Notes: a model not told the origin generated them from the sequence alone. A DNA stretch of 64,000 nucleotides from Minisyncoccota bacterium (GCA_035652395.1 DASRDX010000012.1:96778-160777); one strand, 5' to 3'; positions 1-9,306 are shown, numbered from the stretch's first letter. Made by a program: numbers and translations.

Positions 1-64
1 TCGGGATCGAACCGAGGACCTTCTCCTTAAAAGGGAGCTGCTCTACCAGCTGAGCTACGGGCGG
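1..64 (-). tRNA. tRNA-Lys (anticodon TTT), partial; its 3' end is cut off by the window edge
   Basis: The reverse complement reads as a D-arm GCTC-AGCTGGTA-GAGC, an anticodon loop CTTTTAA and the start of a T-arm CTCGGTTCGATCCCGA. Confidence 0.8.
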
Positions 65-132
65 AAATTATCTAGTTGCGAATAAATCCGCACAGATTGA
101 AAAAATATATCAAAATTCGGCTAAAAGTCTAT

Positions 133-795
133 TTAAATTTCCAGAATGAATTTTTCCAGAGCAAGATCAAAGTCGAAGAGACCGCGATGAGCATTGTGGT
201 AAATTGAAACCATTTTAGCCGCGAGGGTTCCGAGTTCGGTCGCGCCATATTTGGAGGCGCGACCGACTTTTCCGGAAAGCATCATTTGCTTCAATTTCCA
301 CCAGAGAATGCCGTGGATTTCCTCTGGTGCGGCGTTCTTACGGGCTTCCTGATAAAGAATCCAGAGTTTGCGTTTATCTCGATATTCAAAAGGAAAGGTC
401 AAACTAAAGACGCTAAATTTCTCCTTTTTGGATTCTTTGGCGGCTGAAAAAACTTCCGTTTTTTCAGCCTTTTTCTCTATTCTAGTGGCAGTGACTTTGT
501 CTAACTTCCCTTCCAGCAAAATAAAAATGTGCGGGGATTCTTCCAAATCTTTCAAATTCTTTAAGACAAAATCTTTGGCTTCCTCATTCTCAAAAACTCG
601 ATCCAAAACAACGATGTTTCGATTTTCAAATAAACCAATTGATTTCACTAATTCATCAAAACTTGCCGTATCCCAGTTTTCCGCATTAAATCGAAAAATC
701 GAAGCGTTAGGTTTTTTCTTCACCAGACTTTCCTGAAGTTCATCTCCTCTTTCCCGAGCTTTTTCAAAATCAGAGCCGTAAATCAAATAAAGCAT
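133..795 (-). CDS. holA: DNA polymerase III delta subunit-like (HolA family)
   Basis: 220 aa. N-terminal LIYGSD motif and overall delta-subunit-like composition; it lies next to polA. Confidence 0.5.
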   Translation of the reverse strand: MLYLIYGSDFEKARERGDELQESLVKKKPNASIFRFNAENWDTASFDELVKSIGLFENRNIVVLDRVFENEEAKDFVLKNLKDLEESPHIFILLEGKLDKVTATRIEKKAEKTEVFSAAKESKKEKFSVFSLTFPFEYRDKRKLWILYQEARKNAAPEEIHGILWWKLKQMMLSGKVGRASKYGATELGTLAAKMVSIYHNAHRGLFDFDLALEKFILEI

Positions 796-845
796 AAGAT
801 TATTATAAACCGCTTAAAATAAAAACCGAAACAAAAGTTTCGGCG

Positions 846-1271
846 CTATTGTCTATTTACCCGACGATTAATTATATCGGGTAAATGCTCCTCAAGAGTT
901 CGCTCGGAAACGCTGACGGCCGCCCTCCCATGCATTTGAAGATAGGCAGTTAGTCTGCTCGGAGAAAATCCGACGAAGATGAATGACGGTTTCAAATCAA
1001 TCTCTCTTTTGTTCAAATCGTAGAGGAGATGAGGTAAGCCGTATTCAGGGCTGTCCGTATCGTTTGCCACTACCACCGCTTTCAAATTGGGAAAAGGGGT
1101 GGCGCCTTCGATTGGACGAATGAAATCGACTAGTGACTCCGGATGAGAATGGGGTCTTACTTTAAGAGTTGGTTTTTGACCTAGCCCAAGCTTTACTGCC
1201 GACAAAATCCTTTTATGATTCTCGGGGTTGGCCGCCACTACCACCACTTGAACGTTGTCATCCATATTCAT
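846..1271 (-). CDS. receiver-domain-like protein (degenerate CheY fold, no output domain)
   Basis: 141 aa. Alternating beta-alpha pattern with VQVVVVAANPEN (beta1) and KAVVVANDTDSPEYG (beta3) and a FIFVGFS strand; the acidic pocket residues are partly replaced. Confidence 0.35.
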   Translation of the reverse strand: MNMDDNVQVVVVAANPENHKRILSAVKLGLGQKPTLKVRPHSHPESLVDFIRPIEGATPFPNLKAVVVANDTDSPEYGLPHLLYDLNKREIDLKPSFIFVGFSPSRLTAYLQMHGRAAVSVSERTLEEHLPDIINRRVNRQ

Positions 1272-1330
1272 ATTCTGGAGCGACTATAACATAGGGTTAA
1301 AAAAATAAAAGCTCCCTCAGGAGCTGTGTA

Positions 1331-1747
1331 TTAATTTGCAGGCAGTTTTTGCAAAAATTCGCAAAACAGATTTGGTAAGTCATATTCTGCCATCGTTTGA
1401 AATCTGCCTTCGTATTTGTTTTTCAGCTCCTCACTTTGAATCCGCCACTTGGTACCCCCAACCAAGAAAATGGTTGGCTTTGGCAGCTGCCGATAAAAAA
1501 GTGTGAGACTTTGAATTAAGCTGGCTACATCATAACCAGTGGTTGTCATATTTTCATGCATGATCACCACGGCAAAAGGTTGGTGCGTAGAGAGAACGTG
1601 GTCAATGTCTCCTTTTATGGAATTGTCGTCGAGAAGCCAAATATATCGGTAATCGAACCCAATTTTATTGAGTACCTCTTCCGCACTCCTAAGTAAAGCG
1701 TCATATCGAATAGCTGAGCGGTCAATAAAAAGAACATGGATTTTCAT
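1331..1747 (-). CDS. receiver-domain-like protein with His at the phospho-acceptor position (pseudo-receiver)
   Basis: 138 aa. KIHVLFIDRS (beta1), AVVIMHENMTTTGYD (His where the phospho-acceptor Asp would sit), TIFLVGGTKW (beta5 Lys). Confidence 0.35.
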   Translation of the reverse strand: MKIHVLFIDRSAIRYDALLRSAEEVLNKIGFDYRYIWLLDDNSIKGDIDHVLSTHQPFAVVIMHENMTTTGYDVASLIQSLTLFYRQLPKPTIFLVGGTKWRIQSEELKNKYEGRFQTMAEYDLPNLFCEFLQKLPAN

Positions 1748-1774
1748 CTATCTCAGACCTTAGCACCTTTTTCC

Positions 1775-4231
1775 TTACTTTTCCATCTCTCCCCAATTGT
1801 TCCCCGCGGAGGCGTGGGCAACGATGGGTACTCCTTTAGTTTCCTTTGGTGAGATAATTCCTTCCATGATTTCCTTAATTTTTTTGGAAAGCTCGTCAAC
1901 CAATTCATTTTTAATCTCGTAAATTAATTCGTCATGCACCTGAAGCAGTAAATAAACTTTTTCTTCCCATTTGGAGCTTTTAATGTGCTCGTCAATCTGG
2001 CGCATTGCTATCTTAATAAGGTCAGCTTGGGTGCCCTGAATTGGCGCATTGATCGCCATCCGCTCGGCTTCTGCTTTGATGTAAGGCAGTTTGGAATTGA
2101 TGCCGGCAAAATAACGACGGCGGCCAAAAAGAGTCTCGGTGTATCCTAGCCGGGCCGCATCGGCCTTCACCTTATCCAAATACCAGGCTAGACCGGAATA
2201 ATTTCTAAAGTATTCATTGTAAAATTTCTGGGCCTCGTCTCGGGTGCCCCCTAGATTGGCCTTGAGAGCATTCACTCCCATACCATATAAAATCCCGAAG
2301 TTGATAACTTTGGCTTGTCGACGCATTTCGGCATTCACCATCTCAAGGGGCACGTTAAAAACTTGGGCTGCTACGGCCGTGTGAACATCCTGATTGGTTT
2401 TAAAAATTTCGATTAATTTGGGATCACCGGAAAGAATGGCGGCAATACGCAATTCTATTTGAGAATAATCAAAGGCCACTAATTTGTAACCTTTGTCCGC
2501 AATAAAAGCTTTCCGAATGTTGCGCCCAAGCTCGGATTTAATTGGGATATTCTGGAGATTAGGATTGTTCGAAGACATGCGTCCAGTAGCGGCGCCTGTT
2601 TGAGAAAAAGTTGAATGAAGGCGATCGTCTTCGTCAGCCAAAACCGGAATAGTATCAATATAGGTGGAGAGTAATTTCTGGAGTTCGCGATGCTTTAATA
2701 TCAAGCCGATGATCGGATGAAGCTCCTGCATTTTTAGAAGCTCTGATTCCCGAGTGGAGCGGGCTCCGCCGGCAGTCTTTTTAATATTTTTAGCTTTCAA
2801 AGCCAACTTGTCGTAGAGAACCGTGCCGAGCTGCTTTGGCGAATTAATATTGAATTCTTCACCGGCTTCCTTCCAAATTTTCTTCTCAAGTTTGGCCAGC
2901 TCCTGATGATAGCTTTTGCTTAAGTCATATAAATAAGTGCGATTGATTTTTATCCCGCGTTTCTCCATTCGTTCAATAATCGGAATGAGTGGCAACTCAA
3001 TTTCTTCATAAACCTTTTCCAGTTTTCTTTTGCGGATTTCGCCGAGAATAATTTCGGCGGCTTTGGCGAAGGACTTGGTCTTAGCGAAATGAAGAACGTC
3101 ATCAAGAGTCGGATTAGTGAGATTGGAATCGAGAACCCATAGAGCCAAAGTCACCCTTTTTAGTTCGGCCCGATCGATCGGTTCGTCAAAAGCTTCATTG
3201 AGACTTGATTGAGTTGGTGATGAAGAGGAAGGAGCATCTGTTGGATCATAAGTGGCTGATTGAGATTTTGTTTGGCCACCTTTCGGACCCCCACTTAAAA
3301 CCTCCTTTAATCGAGCACTTAATGTTCTGAATTCCAGATCGCGGAAAAGGGTTTCGATTTTATCCAGATCGACTGATTCTGTCCAAGTTTTTGACGGCAA
3401 CTTAAATTCAATTGGAGCGTCTCGTCGAATCGTGGCCAGCATCTTGCTAAAGAGGGCTTCCTCTTTTCCTTCCCTTAAAAGCTTGATAATGCGATCAGTT
3501 AAACCGGCTTTTTTAAATTTCTCATCGCCTTGTTCCAGTTCTTTATAAATATTTTCAACGGTGCCGAATTGCTGAATTAAAATGGTGGCGGTTTTTTCGC
3601 CAATGCCGGCAATTCCGATAATATTGTCCGACGGATCTCCGCGTAATCCTTTGTAGTCTGCTAGAAGTGCTGGCGGAAAGCCGAAGCGCTCTTCCACTTT
3701 TTTCTGGTCGTACATGACTGTATCCGTCAGTCCCTTGCGTAGAGTGAAAACTTGTACATCTTTCCCTCTTACTAGCTGCAAAGTGTCCATGTCGCCCGAA
3801 GCAATGACGACGCAAACTCCAGAAATATCTTTGACTTCCTCAACGATAGTGCCGATGACGTCGTCGGCTTCAAAACCGGCCTTATCATAAATAGGAATAT
3901 TAAAAGCTTCAAAAATATCTCGCGAACGAGTCATTTGGGAAACCAGCTCCGGATCGGCTTTTTTACGCCCGGCTTTGTAAGCTTCATAAGCCTGGTGTCG
4001 ATAGGTCGGTTCAGGCAAATCATAAGCCGCTATTAAATAATCCGGTTTCAAATCCTGGATGATACGAATGAGCATGGTGGAAATTCCATACAGTCCGCCA
4101 GTCGCTTCCCCTTTGCTGGAAGCAAAATCCGGCAGCGCGTGATAGGCCCGATGTAAGATGGCGTGCGCATCCAACAAAACCAGTCGCTGGTTTTCCATTT
4201 TCACTTTTTCCGTTTTCGGAGCTTTTGGCAT
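1775..4231 (-). CDS. polA: DNA polymerase I (5'-3' exonuclease domain plus polymerase domain)
   Basis: 818 aa. N-terminal FEN-like exonuclease, polymerase motifs KVINFGILYGMG and QVHDELIYE. Confidence 0.9.
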   Translation of the reverse strand: MPKAPKTEKVKMENQRLVLLDAHAILHRAYHALPDFASSKGEATGGLYGISTMLIRIIQDLKPDYLIAAYDLPEPTYRHQAYEAYKAGRKKADPELVSQMTRSRDIFEAFNIPIYDKAGFEADDVIGTIVEEVKDISGVCVVIASGDMDTLQLVRGKDVQVFTLRKGLTDTVMYDQKKVEERFGFPPALLADYKGLRGDPSDNIIGIAGIGEKTATILIQQFGTVENIYKELEQGDEKFKKAGLTDRIIKLLREGKEEALFSKMLATIRRDAPIEFKLPSKTWTESVDLDKIETLFRDLEFRTLSARLKEVLSGGPKGGQTKSQSATYDPTDAPSSSSPTQSSLNEAFDEPIDRAELKRVTLALWVLDSNLTNPTLDDVLHFAKTKSFAKAAEIILGEIRKRKLEKVYEEIELPLIPIIERMEKRGIKINRTYLYDLSKSYHQELAKLEKKIWKEAGEEFNINSPKQLGTVLYDKLALKAKNIKKTAGGARSTRESELLKMQELHPIIGLILKHRELQKLLSTYIDTIPVLADEDDRLHSTFSQTGAATGRMSSNNPNLQNIPIKSELGRNIRKAFIADKGYKLVAFDYSQIELRIAAILSGDPKLIEIFKTNQDVHTAVAAQVFNVPLEMVNAEMRRQAKVINFGILYGMGVNALKANLGGTRDEAQKFYNEYFRNYSGLAWYLDKVKADAARLGYTETLFGRRRYFAGINSKLPYIKAEAERMAINAPIQGTQADLIKIAMRQIDEHIKSSKWEEKVYLLLQVHDELIYEIKNELVDELSKKIKEIMEGIISPKETKGVPIVAHASAGNNWGEMEK

Positions 4232-4672
4232 TTAATACTTTATTTCTCGAGTATTTTCGTCAATAAACTTAAAATAAATCTTTTGATAATTTTTGGGCAA
4301 GGCGCTTTCCACGTTCTTCGACCATTCTATTAATACCAGATTTTTGGGGTCAGCTGCTATTTCCTCAAAATTCAACTTCATTAATTCTTCGCCGTTCTGG
4401 AGGCGGTAAGCATCAATATGAATTAATTTATTCCATGTTGGATCGCCCGCGAGTTCATAATTTTTTTCAATCACGAAAGTCGGACTAGTCATAGATTCTC
4501 TGATTCCTAAGAGCCGACCCAGTGCCTGAACGAACGTAGTTTTGCCGGCACCCAAATCGCCTATTAAACCGGCGATTTGGGCGCCTTCCTCTCCCTTCAG
4601 ATCCCTCAAATAATCTAAAAACTTTTCCGCCACCACTCCAGTTTCATCCAAACTTCTACTGTCAATCTTCAT
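4232..4672 (-). CDS. tsaE: tRNA threonylcarbamoyladenosine biosynthesis protein TsaE (YjeE)
   Basis: 146 aa. P-loop GDLGAGKTTFV and the family motif SPTFVIEKNYE. Confidence 0.8.
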   Translation of the reverse strand: MKIDSRSLDETGVVAEKFLDYLRDLKGEEGAQIAGLIGDLGAGKTTFVQALGRLLGIRESMTSPTFVIEKNYELAGDPTWNKLIHIDAYRLQNGEELMKLNFEEIAADPKNLVLIEWSKNVESALPKNYQKIYFKFIDENTREIKY

Positions 4673-4716
4673 CTTGAAATATTAGCACGACCCTTAATCT
4701 ATCTAAATAAAAGAAA

Positions 4717-4744
4717 ACGGCGAGTTCAAAAATGAACTCGCCGT
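4717..4744. terminator. 12-bp perfect hairpin (ACGGCGAGTTCA-aaaa-TGAACTCGCCGT) between tsaE and the GC-rich gene
   Basis: Perfect inverted repeat lying at the end of the convergent minus-strand gene 4771..5643. Confidence 0.6.
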
Positions 4745-4770
4745 ACTGTCAGGATTCGAACCTGAAAGAT

Positions 4771-5643
4771 TTAACCTCGGCGTGGATGGCTACCGGGCGG
4801 TCTTTGCATTGGAGCATGTGGCGCCGATGCATAGTGATTGCCGCTGTTGATCTGATTACCGATGGCAACGGTGATACCGTTGAGGATCCCCCCGAACACA
4901 TTGCCCGAACCGTGCGAATTATATCCGCCGGGTCCCCCGCCGTAACCATAAGGTCTTGGCGGCGGGAACGAATTCGTGGCGTACGATTCGAATCGTCCAG
5001 AAGGTTGTTGCAGACTCGCGACATAAGCTTCCGCTTGCGCGTGCGTCATCTTCACTTCCCGGACATTGCCGTAGCAGTCATGGACGCGAACGATGACACA
5101 ATCAACCGGAGCCTTTCGCAGATGAATCTCGGCGTGGCGCGGTTGTGGCGGTGCGGGTTGTTCCTCCACAAAGGCAATCATGTTCTTGTACGCTTTGCCG
5201 TTACGCATGCATCCATCGATATAGATGGGCTGCTTGGTGGCTGTATCGTAGTAGATCATGGCCGAAGCGCTGAGCGGAACAATTTCCGCCTTGTGAAGCA
5301 TCTGGTTGTAGACCAGCCGCCCCGTCCATCCGAGCTCGGCTGCCGATTTGTATCCGAGCCCTTCCAGGCATTCAGGTCCGGTGTAAGGATGACGTCCTTT
5401 GAAAACGCTGAGCGGGGCATACCCTTGAGGGGTTCCGTAACGGCCACGGCTGACATCGGGTTTCGGCCGGTGAGAGTCGCGGGTCGTTGTGACGGTTGCG
5501 ATCGTCATGTTTTCGCTTGAATCGTTTTGCTCGGCCGAAAGACGGTCGAGTTCGGCCTGAAGCTTGTCTTCGTTGTTTTGGGCCTTGAGGTTATTGACGC
5601 TGGCAAGAGCCAGCAGACTGACAAAGAGCAGAAGCTGTTTCAT
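4771..5643 (-). CDS. secreted hypothetical protein with a Gly-rich C-terminus, encoded in a high-GC island
   Basis: 290 aa. N-terminal signal peptide MKQLLLFVSLLALASV and a C-terminal GYGGGPGGYNSHGSGNVFGG stretch. Local GC is about 58% against about 42% in the flanks, so every frame is open here; this frame is chosen because of the signal peptide. Confidence 0.5.
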   Translation of the reverse strand: MKQLLLFVSLLALASVNNLKAQNNEDKLQAELDRLSAEQNDSSENMTIATVTTTRDSHRPKPDVSRGRYGTPQGYAPLSVFKGRHPYTGPECLEGLGYKSAAELGWTGRLVYNQMLHKAEIVPLSASAMIYYDTATKQPIYIDGCMRNGKAYKNMIAFVEEQPAPPQPRHAEIHLRKAPVDCVIVRVHDCYGNVREVKMTHAQAEAYVASLQQPSGRFESYATNSFPPPRPYGYGGGPGGYNSHGSGNVFGGILNGITVAIGNQINSGNHYASAPHAPMQRPPGSHPRRG

Positions 5644-5719
5644 TTTTTCTTTCCGTGTTGAGGTTTACTGACGTGAAACTGACTTTTCTAGATTATATCA
5701 CTCCTAGAGAAAAAGTCAA

Positions 5720-5750
5720 GGAGGGCGGCTGAGGTCGCCAGCCGCCCTCC
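5720..5750. promoter_or_regulatory. 12-bp GC-rich hairpin (GGAGGGCGGCTG / CAGCCGCCCTCC) in a divergent intergenic region
   Basis: Perfect inverted repeat with a 7-nt loop, lying upstream of both 4771..5643 (-) and pilB (+). Confidence 0.5.
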
Positions 5751-5805
5751 TTCAGCCCCTCCGCCTTTAAAACCCCCCTAAAAAAGGCTATTATTTACCT
5801 AATAA

Positions 5806-7488
5806 ATGGTTCAATTCAACGAAGAAAAACAGAAGGCTCGCCTGGCCGACCTGAAAAAGAGCGAAGAGGAAAAGCTGGCGGAAATCTTATCTGGAAAATA
5901 CGGCCTTCAGTACATTGATCTTTCTCGCATCACCATTAACACAGATGCCCTGCGTCTTATTCCGGAAGAAGCCGCCCGTCGCAATAAAATGGCTGTTTTT
6001 GATGTGGTTAATAAAAATATTCGAGTGGCCATTCAGACCCCGAACAATCCTTCAACGACTGAAACTTTAAATGAACTAAAAGAAAAAGGTTACTTCCCGA
6101 TCGTCTACATGGTTTCAACTGAAAGTTTGGAAAAAGCCTGGAGTCGTTACAAAGATCTTTCCTTCGCTCTTGAAACAAAGGCCGGCTCTCTGGATATTTC
6201 CAATCAGGAAATTGAAACTTTTCTGCATCAGGTAAACAGCATGCAGGATATTCAAAAATTAATTAATGAGGCTCTGACAATTAAGAAAACTTATCGTATC
6301 TCGCGCGTTTTAGTGATCATCATGGCCGGCGCGCTTTCCTTAAAAGCATCTGATGTTCATATCGAACCGGAAGAAGACCATACTCGCTTGCGCTATCGTC
6401 TGGATGGAGTCTTGGTAGACGTGCTGAATTTTGATAATGAAACTTATAATCTGCTCCTTTCGCGCATTAAACTCCTTTCCAACCTGAAATTAAATATTAA
6501 AGAAAATGCCCAAGACGGTCGTTTCAGTATTTTAGTTTCGGGAGACGAGATCGAAGTGCGTACTTCCGTTTTACCCGGAAATTATGGCGAGTCCATCGTG
6601 CTCCGTTTACTAAATCCAAAATCAATTACCGTGCCCCTTGAAGAACTGGGTATTGAACCGCGCCTTTTCAAAATTCTGGAGGCGGAAATTAACAAACCAA
6701 ACGGCATGATTCTAACCACCGGTCCGACCGGTTCCGGAAAGACCACCACCCTCTATTCTTTTATGCGCCGTATTTACAATCCGGAAATTAAAATTCTGAC
6801 TATTGAAGATCCCATCGAGTATCACTTGGCCGGCATTGTTCAGACGCAGGTAGAACCGAAGAAAGGCTACACCTTCGTTTCCGGATTAAGAGCGGCTCTT
6901 CGACAAGACCCTGATGTCATTATGGTTGGAGAAATTCGAGATGAAGAGACGGCCGAAATTGCCATTAATTCCTCTCTTACCGGTCACTTGGTATTCTCCA
7001 CCCTTCACACCAACGACGCCGCCGGTACTTATCCTCGTCTAATTGATCTCGGAGTAAATCCAAAAGTGCTCTCGTCGGCTATTAATGTTTCTATCGCTCA
7101 GCGTCTGGTGCGAGTGCTATGCCCTGTTTGTAAAAAAGAAGTGGCAGTTCCCGCCAGTACGAAAACCACTTTGGAAAAAGTAATTGCTTCAATTTATTTG
7201 GAAGAATTTCGAGTGCCGGTAAAAACTATGTATGAGCCGGTGGGCTGTTCGGAATGTCATCATCAAGGCTTTAAAGGCAGAATCGGAATTTTCGAAGCCA
7301 TTTTAACGGACGAAAAAATTGAACAAGTAGTCAAAGAAAACCCAAGCGAGCGAGAAATTAGAATCGCGGCGAGACCTCAAGGAATTTTAACTATGGAGCA
7401 GGACGGGGTGCTAAAAGTTTTGAAGGGCGTCACTTCTCTTTCCGAACTTGGCCGCGTGGTAAACATCGAACAGTATTTGAATCTGTAA
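5806..7488 (+). CDS. pilB: type IV pilus assembly / type II secretion ATPase (PilB/GspE family)
   Basis: 560 aa. N-terminal GSPII_E_N-like domain, Walker A GPTGSGKTTTL, Asp and His boxes, C-terminal tetracysteine CPVCKK...CSEC. Confidence 0.85.
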   Translation: MVQFNEEKQKARLADLKKSEEEKLAEILSGKYGLQYIDLSRITINTDALRLIPEEAARRNKMAVFDVVNKNIRVAIQTPNNPSTTETLNELKEKGYFPIVYMVSTESLEKAWSRYKDLSFALETKAGSLDISNQEIETFLHQVNSMQDIQKLINEALTIKKTYRISRVLVIIMAGALSLKASDVHIEPEEDHTRLRYRLDGVLVDVLNFDNETYNLLLSRIKLLSNLKLNIKENAQDGRFSILVSGDEIEVRTSVLPGNYGESIVLRLLNPKSITVPLEELGIEPRLFKILEAEINKPNGMILTTGPTGSGKTTTLYSFMRRIYNPEIKILTIEDPIEYHLAGIVQTQVEPKKGYTFVSGLRAALRQDPDVIMVGEIRDEETAEIAINSSLTGHLVFSTLHTNDAAGTYPRLIDLGVNPKVLSSAINVSIAQRLVRVLCPVCKKEVAVPASTKTTLEKVIASIYLEEFRVPVKTMYEPVGCSECHHQGFKGRIGIFEAILTDEKIEQVVKENPSEREIRIAARPQGILTMEQDGVLKVLKGVTSLSELGRVVNIEQYLNL

Positions 7489-7550
7489 TCACCGCAATAT
7501 TGACAATTCCTTTTATTTATGATAGGATATTGGAGAAAGTAATTTCTAAA

Positions 7551-7771
7551 TCGACAATATAAATCTCTCAGCAATTAGCTCCGCAAGGAGCTACTGGTTC
7601 TTCTTAGAGGACACTCTGGTGCCTCTCTCCGAGAACAGCATCTAAGCAAGGAGAATAACCCAACCCTTCCAAAATGATGTTTTTGGAGAGGGGTTGCTGG
7701 TGTTATCCTTACAAGAAGTGCTTAACTTTTGATCACATTGAAAGCATTGCTGAGAGATTTATCTTGTCGAT
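7551..7771. repeat. 221-bp element bounded by 25-bp terminal inverted repeats; candidate structured ncRNA or MITE-like element
   Basis: TCGACAATATAAATCTCTCAGCAAT at 7551-7575 and its reverse complement at 7747-7771 (1 mismatch). The interior holds a GNRA hairpin AGCTCC-GCAA-GGAGCT and a CCAAAA...TTTTGG hairpin. Weaker complementarity extends about 30 nt further out on both sides. Confidence 0.5.
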
Positions 7772-7872
7772 TTTCTATTTTCATCCTATTCAGCTAAAAA
7801 ATAACTGCAAGCTTTTCAGTGGGGAAAAGTTGTGTTCTGGTAAAGTGAGCGGTTAAAAAAGTCATCGGTTTT

Positions 7873-8919
7873 TTGTGTTATGCTTTTGTCATGACAGAAA
7901 GTAAAGCGCCCGCTGGCGAAGAAAAAGTCTTTGTGGAAGATCAGGCCCTTGATCAGACTTTGCGGCCGACGAAATGGGCCGACTATGTTGGACAGGAGCC
8001 AATTAAACAAAATTTAAATATTCTTCTTTCAGCGGCTAAAGAAAGAAATCATCCACCTGAACACGTTTTATTCTACGGTCCGCCCGGTTTGGGCAAGACC
8101 ACTCTAGCGCACCTTATTTCCAAAGAAATTGGCGCCCAAATGAAGATTACTTCCGGCCCGGCCATTGAACGGGTTGGCGATTTGGCTTCCATTCTGACCA
8201 ATCTTTCAGCCGGCGACATTTTATTTATAGATGAAATTCATCGTCTTAATAAGGCGGTGGAGGAAATTCTTTATCCGGCCATGGAGTCGGGAGTTTTGGA
8301 TATTATTATCGGCAAGGGTCCGTCCGCTCGCACCATTCAGCTGGATTTGCCCCAATTCACTTTGATCGCGGCTACTACTCGAATTGCCCTACTCTCTTCC
8401 CCGCTTCGCTCTCGTTTCTCCGGTGGAGTTTTCCGTCTGGAGTTTTATACCGAAAAAGAAATCGAGGAAATTGTTCGACGCTCGGCTAAAATCTTAAAGA
8501 TTGATATTGATGAAGGAGCGATTAAAGAGATTGCCAAGCGCAGTCGCTTTACACCGCGAACCGCCAACTATCTCTTAAAACGCTGTCGCGATTATGCCCA
8601 AATCAAAAAGGTCACTCTTTCCAAAGAGATGGTGCTGGAGGCTCTGAAACTTCTCGGCATTGATGAAGTTGGGCTTTCCAATTCGGACCGACTGCTTCTC
8701 GAAACTATTATTAATAAATTCAGCGGCGGTCCGGTCGGTCTAAATACTTTGGCCGCCTCTCTCTCCGAGGAAGAGGCGACCATCGAAGAATTCAATGAGC
8801 CTTATCTCATTCAAATCGGTTTTTTGGAGAGAACGGCCCGCGGCCGCACAGCCACCCCTCGCGGCTACCAGCATTTAAAAGTTAAGATGCCTGATCACCT
8901 ACAGGAGAAACTCTTGTAG
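7873..8919 (+). CDS. ruvB: Holliday junction branch-migration helicase RuvB
   Basis: 348 aa. Walker A GPPGLGKTTLA and RuvB-type AAA+ layout with a C-terminal winged helix. Confidence 0.9.
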   Translation: MCYAFVMTESKAPAGEEKVFVEDQALDQTLRPTKWADYVGQEPIKQNLNILLSAAKERNHPPEHVLFYGPPGLGKTTLAHLISKEIGAQMKITSGPAIERVGDLASILTNLSAGDILFIDEIHRLNKAVEEILYPAMESGVLDIIIGKGPSARTIQLDLPQFTLIAATTRIALLSSPLRSRFSGGVFRLEFYTEKEIEEIVRRSAKILKIDIDEGAIKEIAKRSRFTPRTANYLLKRCRDYAQIKKVTLSKEMVLEALKLLGIDEVGLSNSDRLLLETIINKFSGGPVGLNTLAASLSEEEATIEEFNEPYLIQIGFLERTARGRTATPRGYQHLKVKMPDHLQEKLL

Positions 8920-8958
8920 TTCGTAAGGTTTATAAGGTTATAAAGTTCATAAAGTATT

Positions 8959-9279
8959 ATGGAACCACAGCCGGGTTTTTATTATCACTACAAACATGAT
9001 TCGACGAAAGGCGTTTTTGATTATGCCTATGAAGTTTTAAATATCGGCCACCATACCGAAATTGAAGATTGGAAAGCCGGAGAGATGGTGGTTTATCGTC
9101 CACTTTATGAAAGTGCCCAAGTTTATCAATCCGGTAAACACTGGGATGTTCGGCCGCGAGCTATGTTTTTAGAATCGGTGATTAAAAACGATAAGACGTT
9201 CCCGCGTTTTCAAAAAATTACGGACTCAAAAATAATTTCCAAACTTGAAAATCAAGTTAAAAAATTATATAAAAACTAA
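8959..9279 (+). CDS. DUF1653-like small protein
   Basis: 106 aa. GFYYHYK...YEVL...VVYRPLY pattern typical of DUF1653. Confidence 0.45.
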   Translation: MEPQPGFYYHYKHDSTKGVFDYAYEVLNIGHHTEIEDWKAGEMVVYRPLYESAQVYQSGKHWDVRPRAMFLESVIKNDKTFPRFQKITDSKIISKLENQVKKLYKN

Positions 9280-9306
9280 GCCTTTTACTTTTAACTTTTA
9301 ACTGAA

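Noticed and set aside
368-736. 122-aa plus-strand ORF antisense to the holA-like gene
   Set aside because: Low-complexity Ser/Phe/Lys-rich translation, fully inside a better-supported minus-strand gene.
3555-3815. 86-aa minus-strand ORF inside polA
   Set aside because: Alternative frame of polA; Arg/His-rich; no signals of its own.
4732-5520. 262-aa plus-strand ORF in the GC-rich island, and the nested ORFs 4749-5024 and 5256-5456
   Set aside because: Arg-rich translation typical of the wrong frame in GC-rich DNA. The minus-strand frame has a bona fide signal peptide and a coherent composition.
7674-8010. ORFs 7674-7856 (+) and 7816-8010 (-) between pilB and ruvB
   Set aside because: They fall inside the inverted-repeat-bounded structured element and the ruvB leader, with no ribosome-binding site or coding bias.
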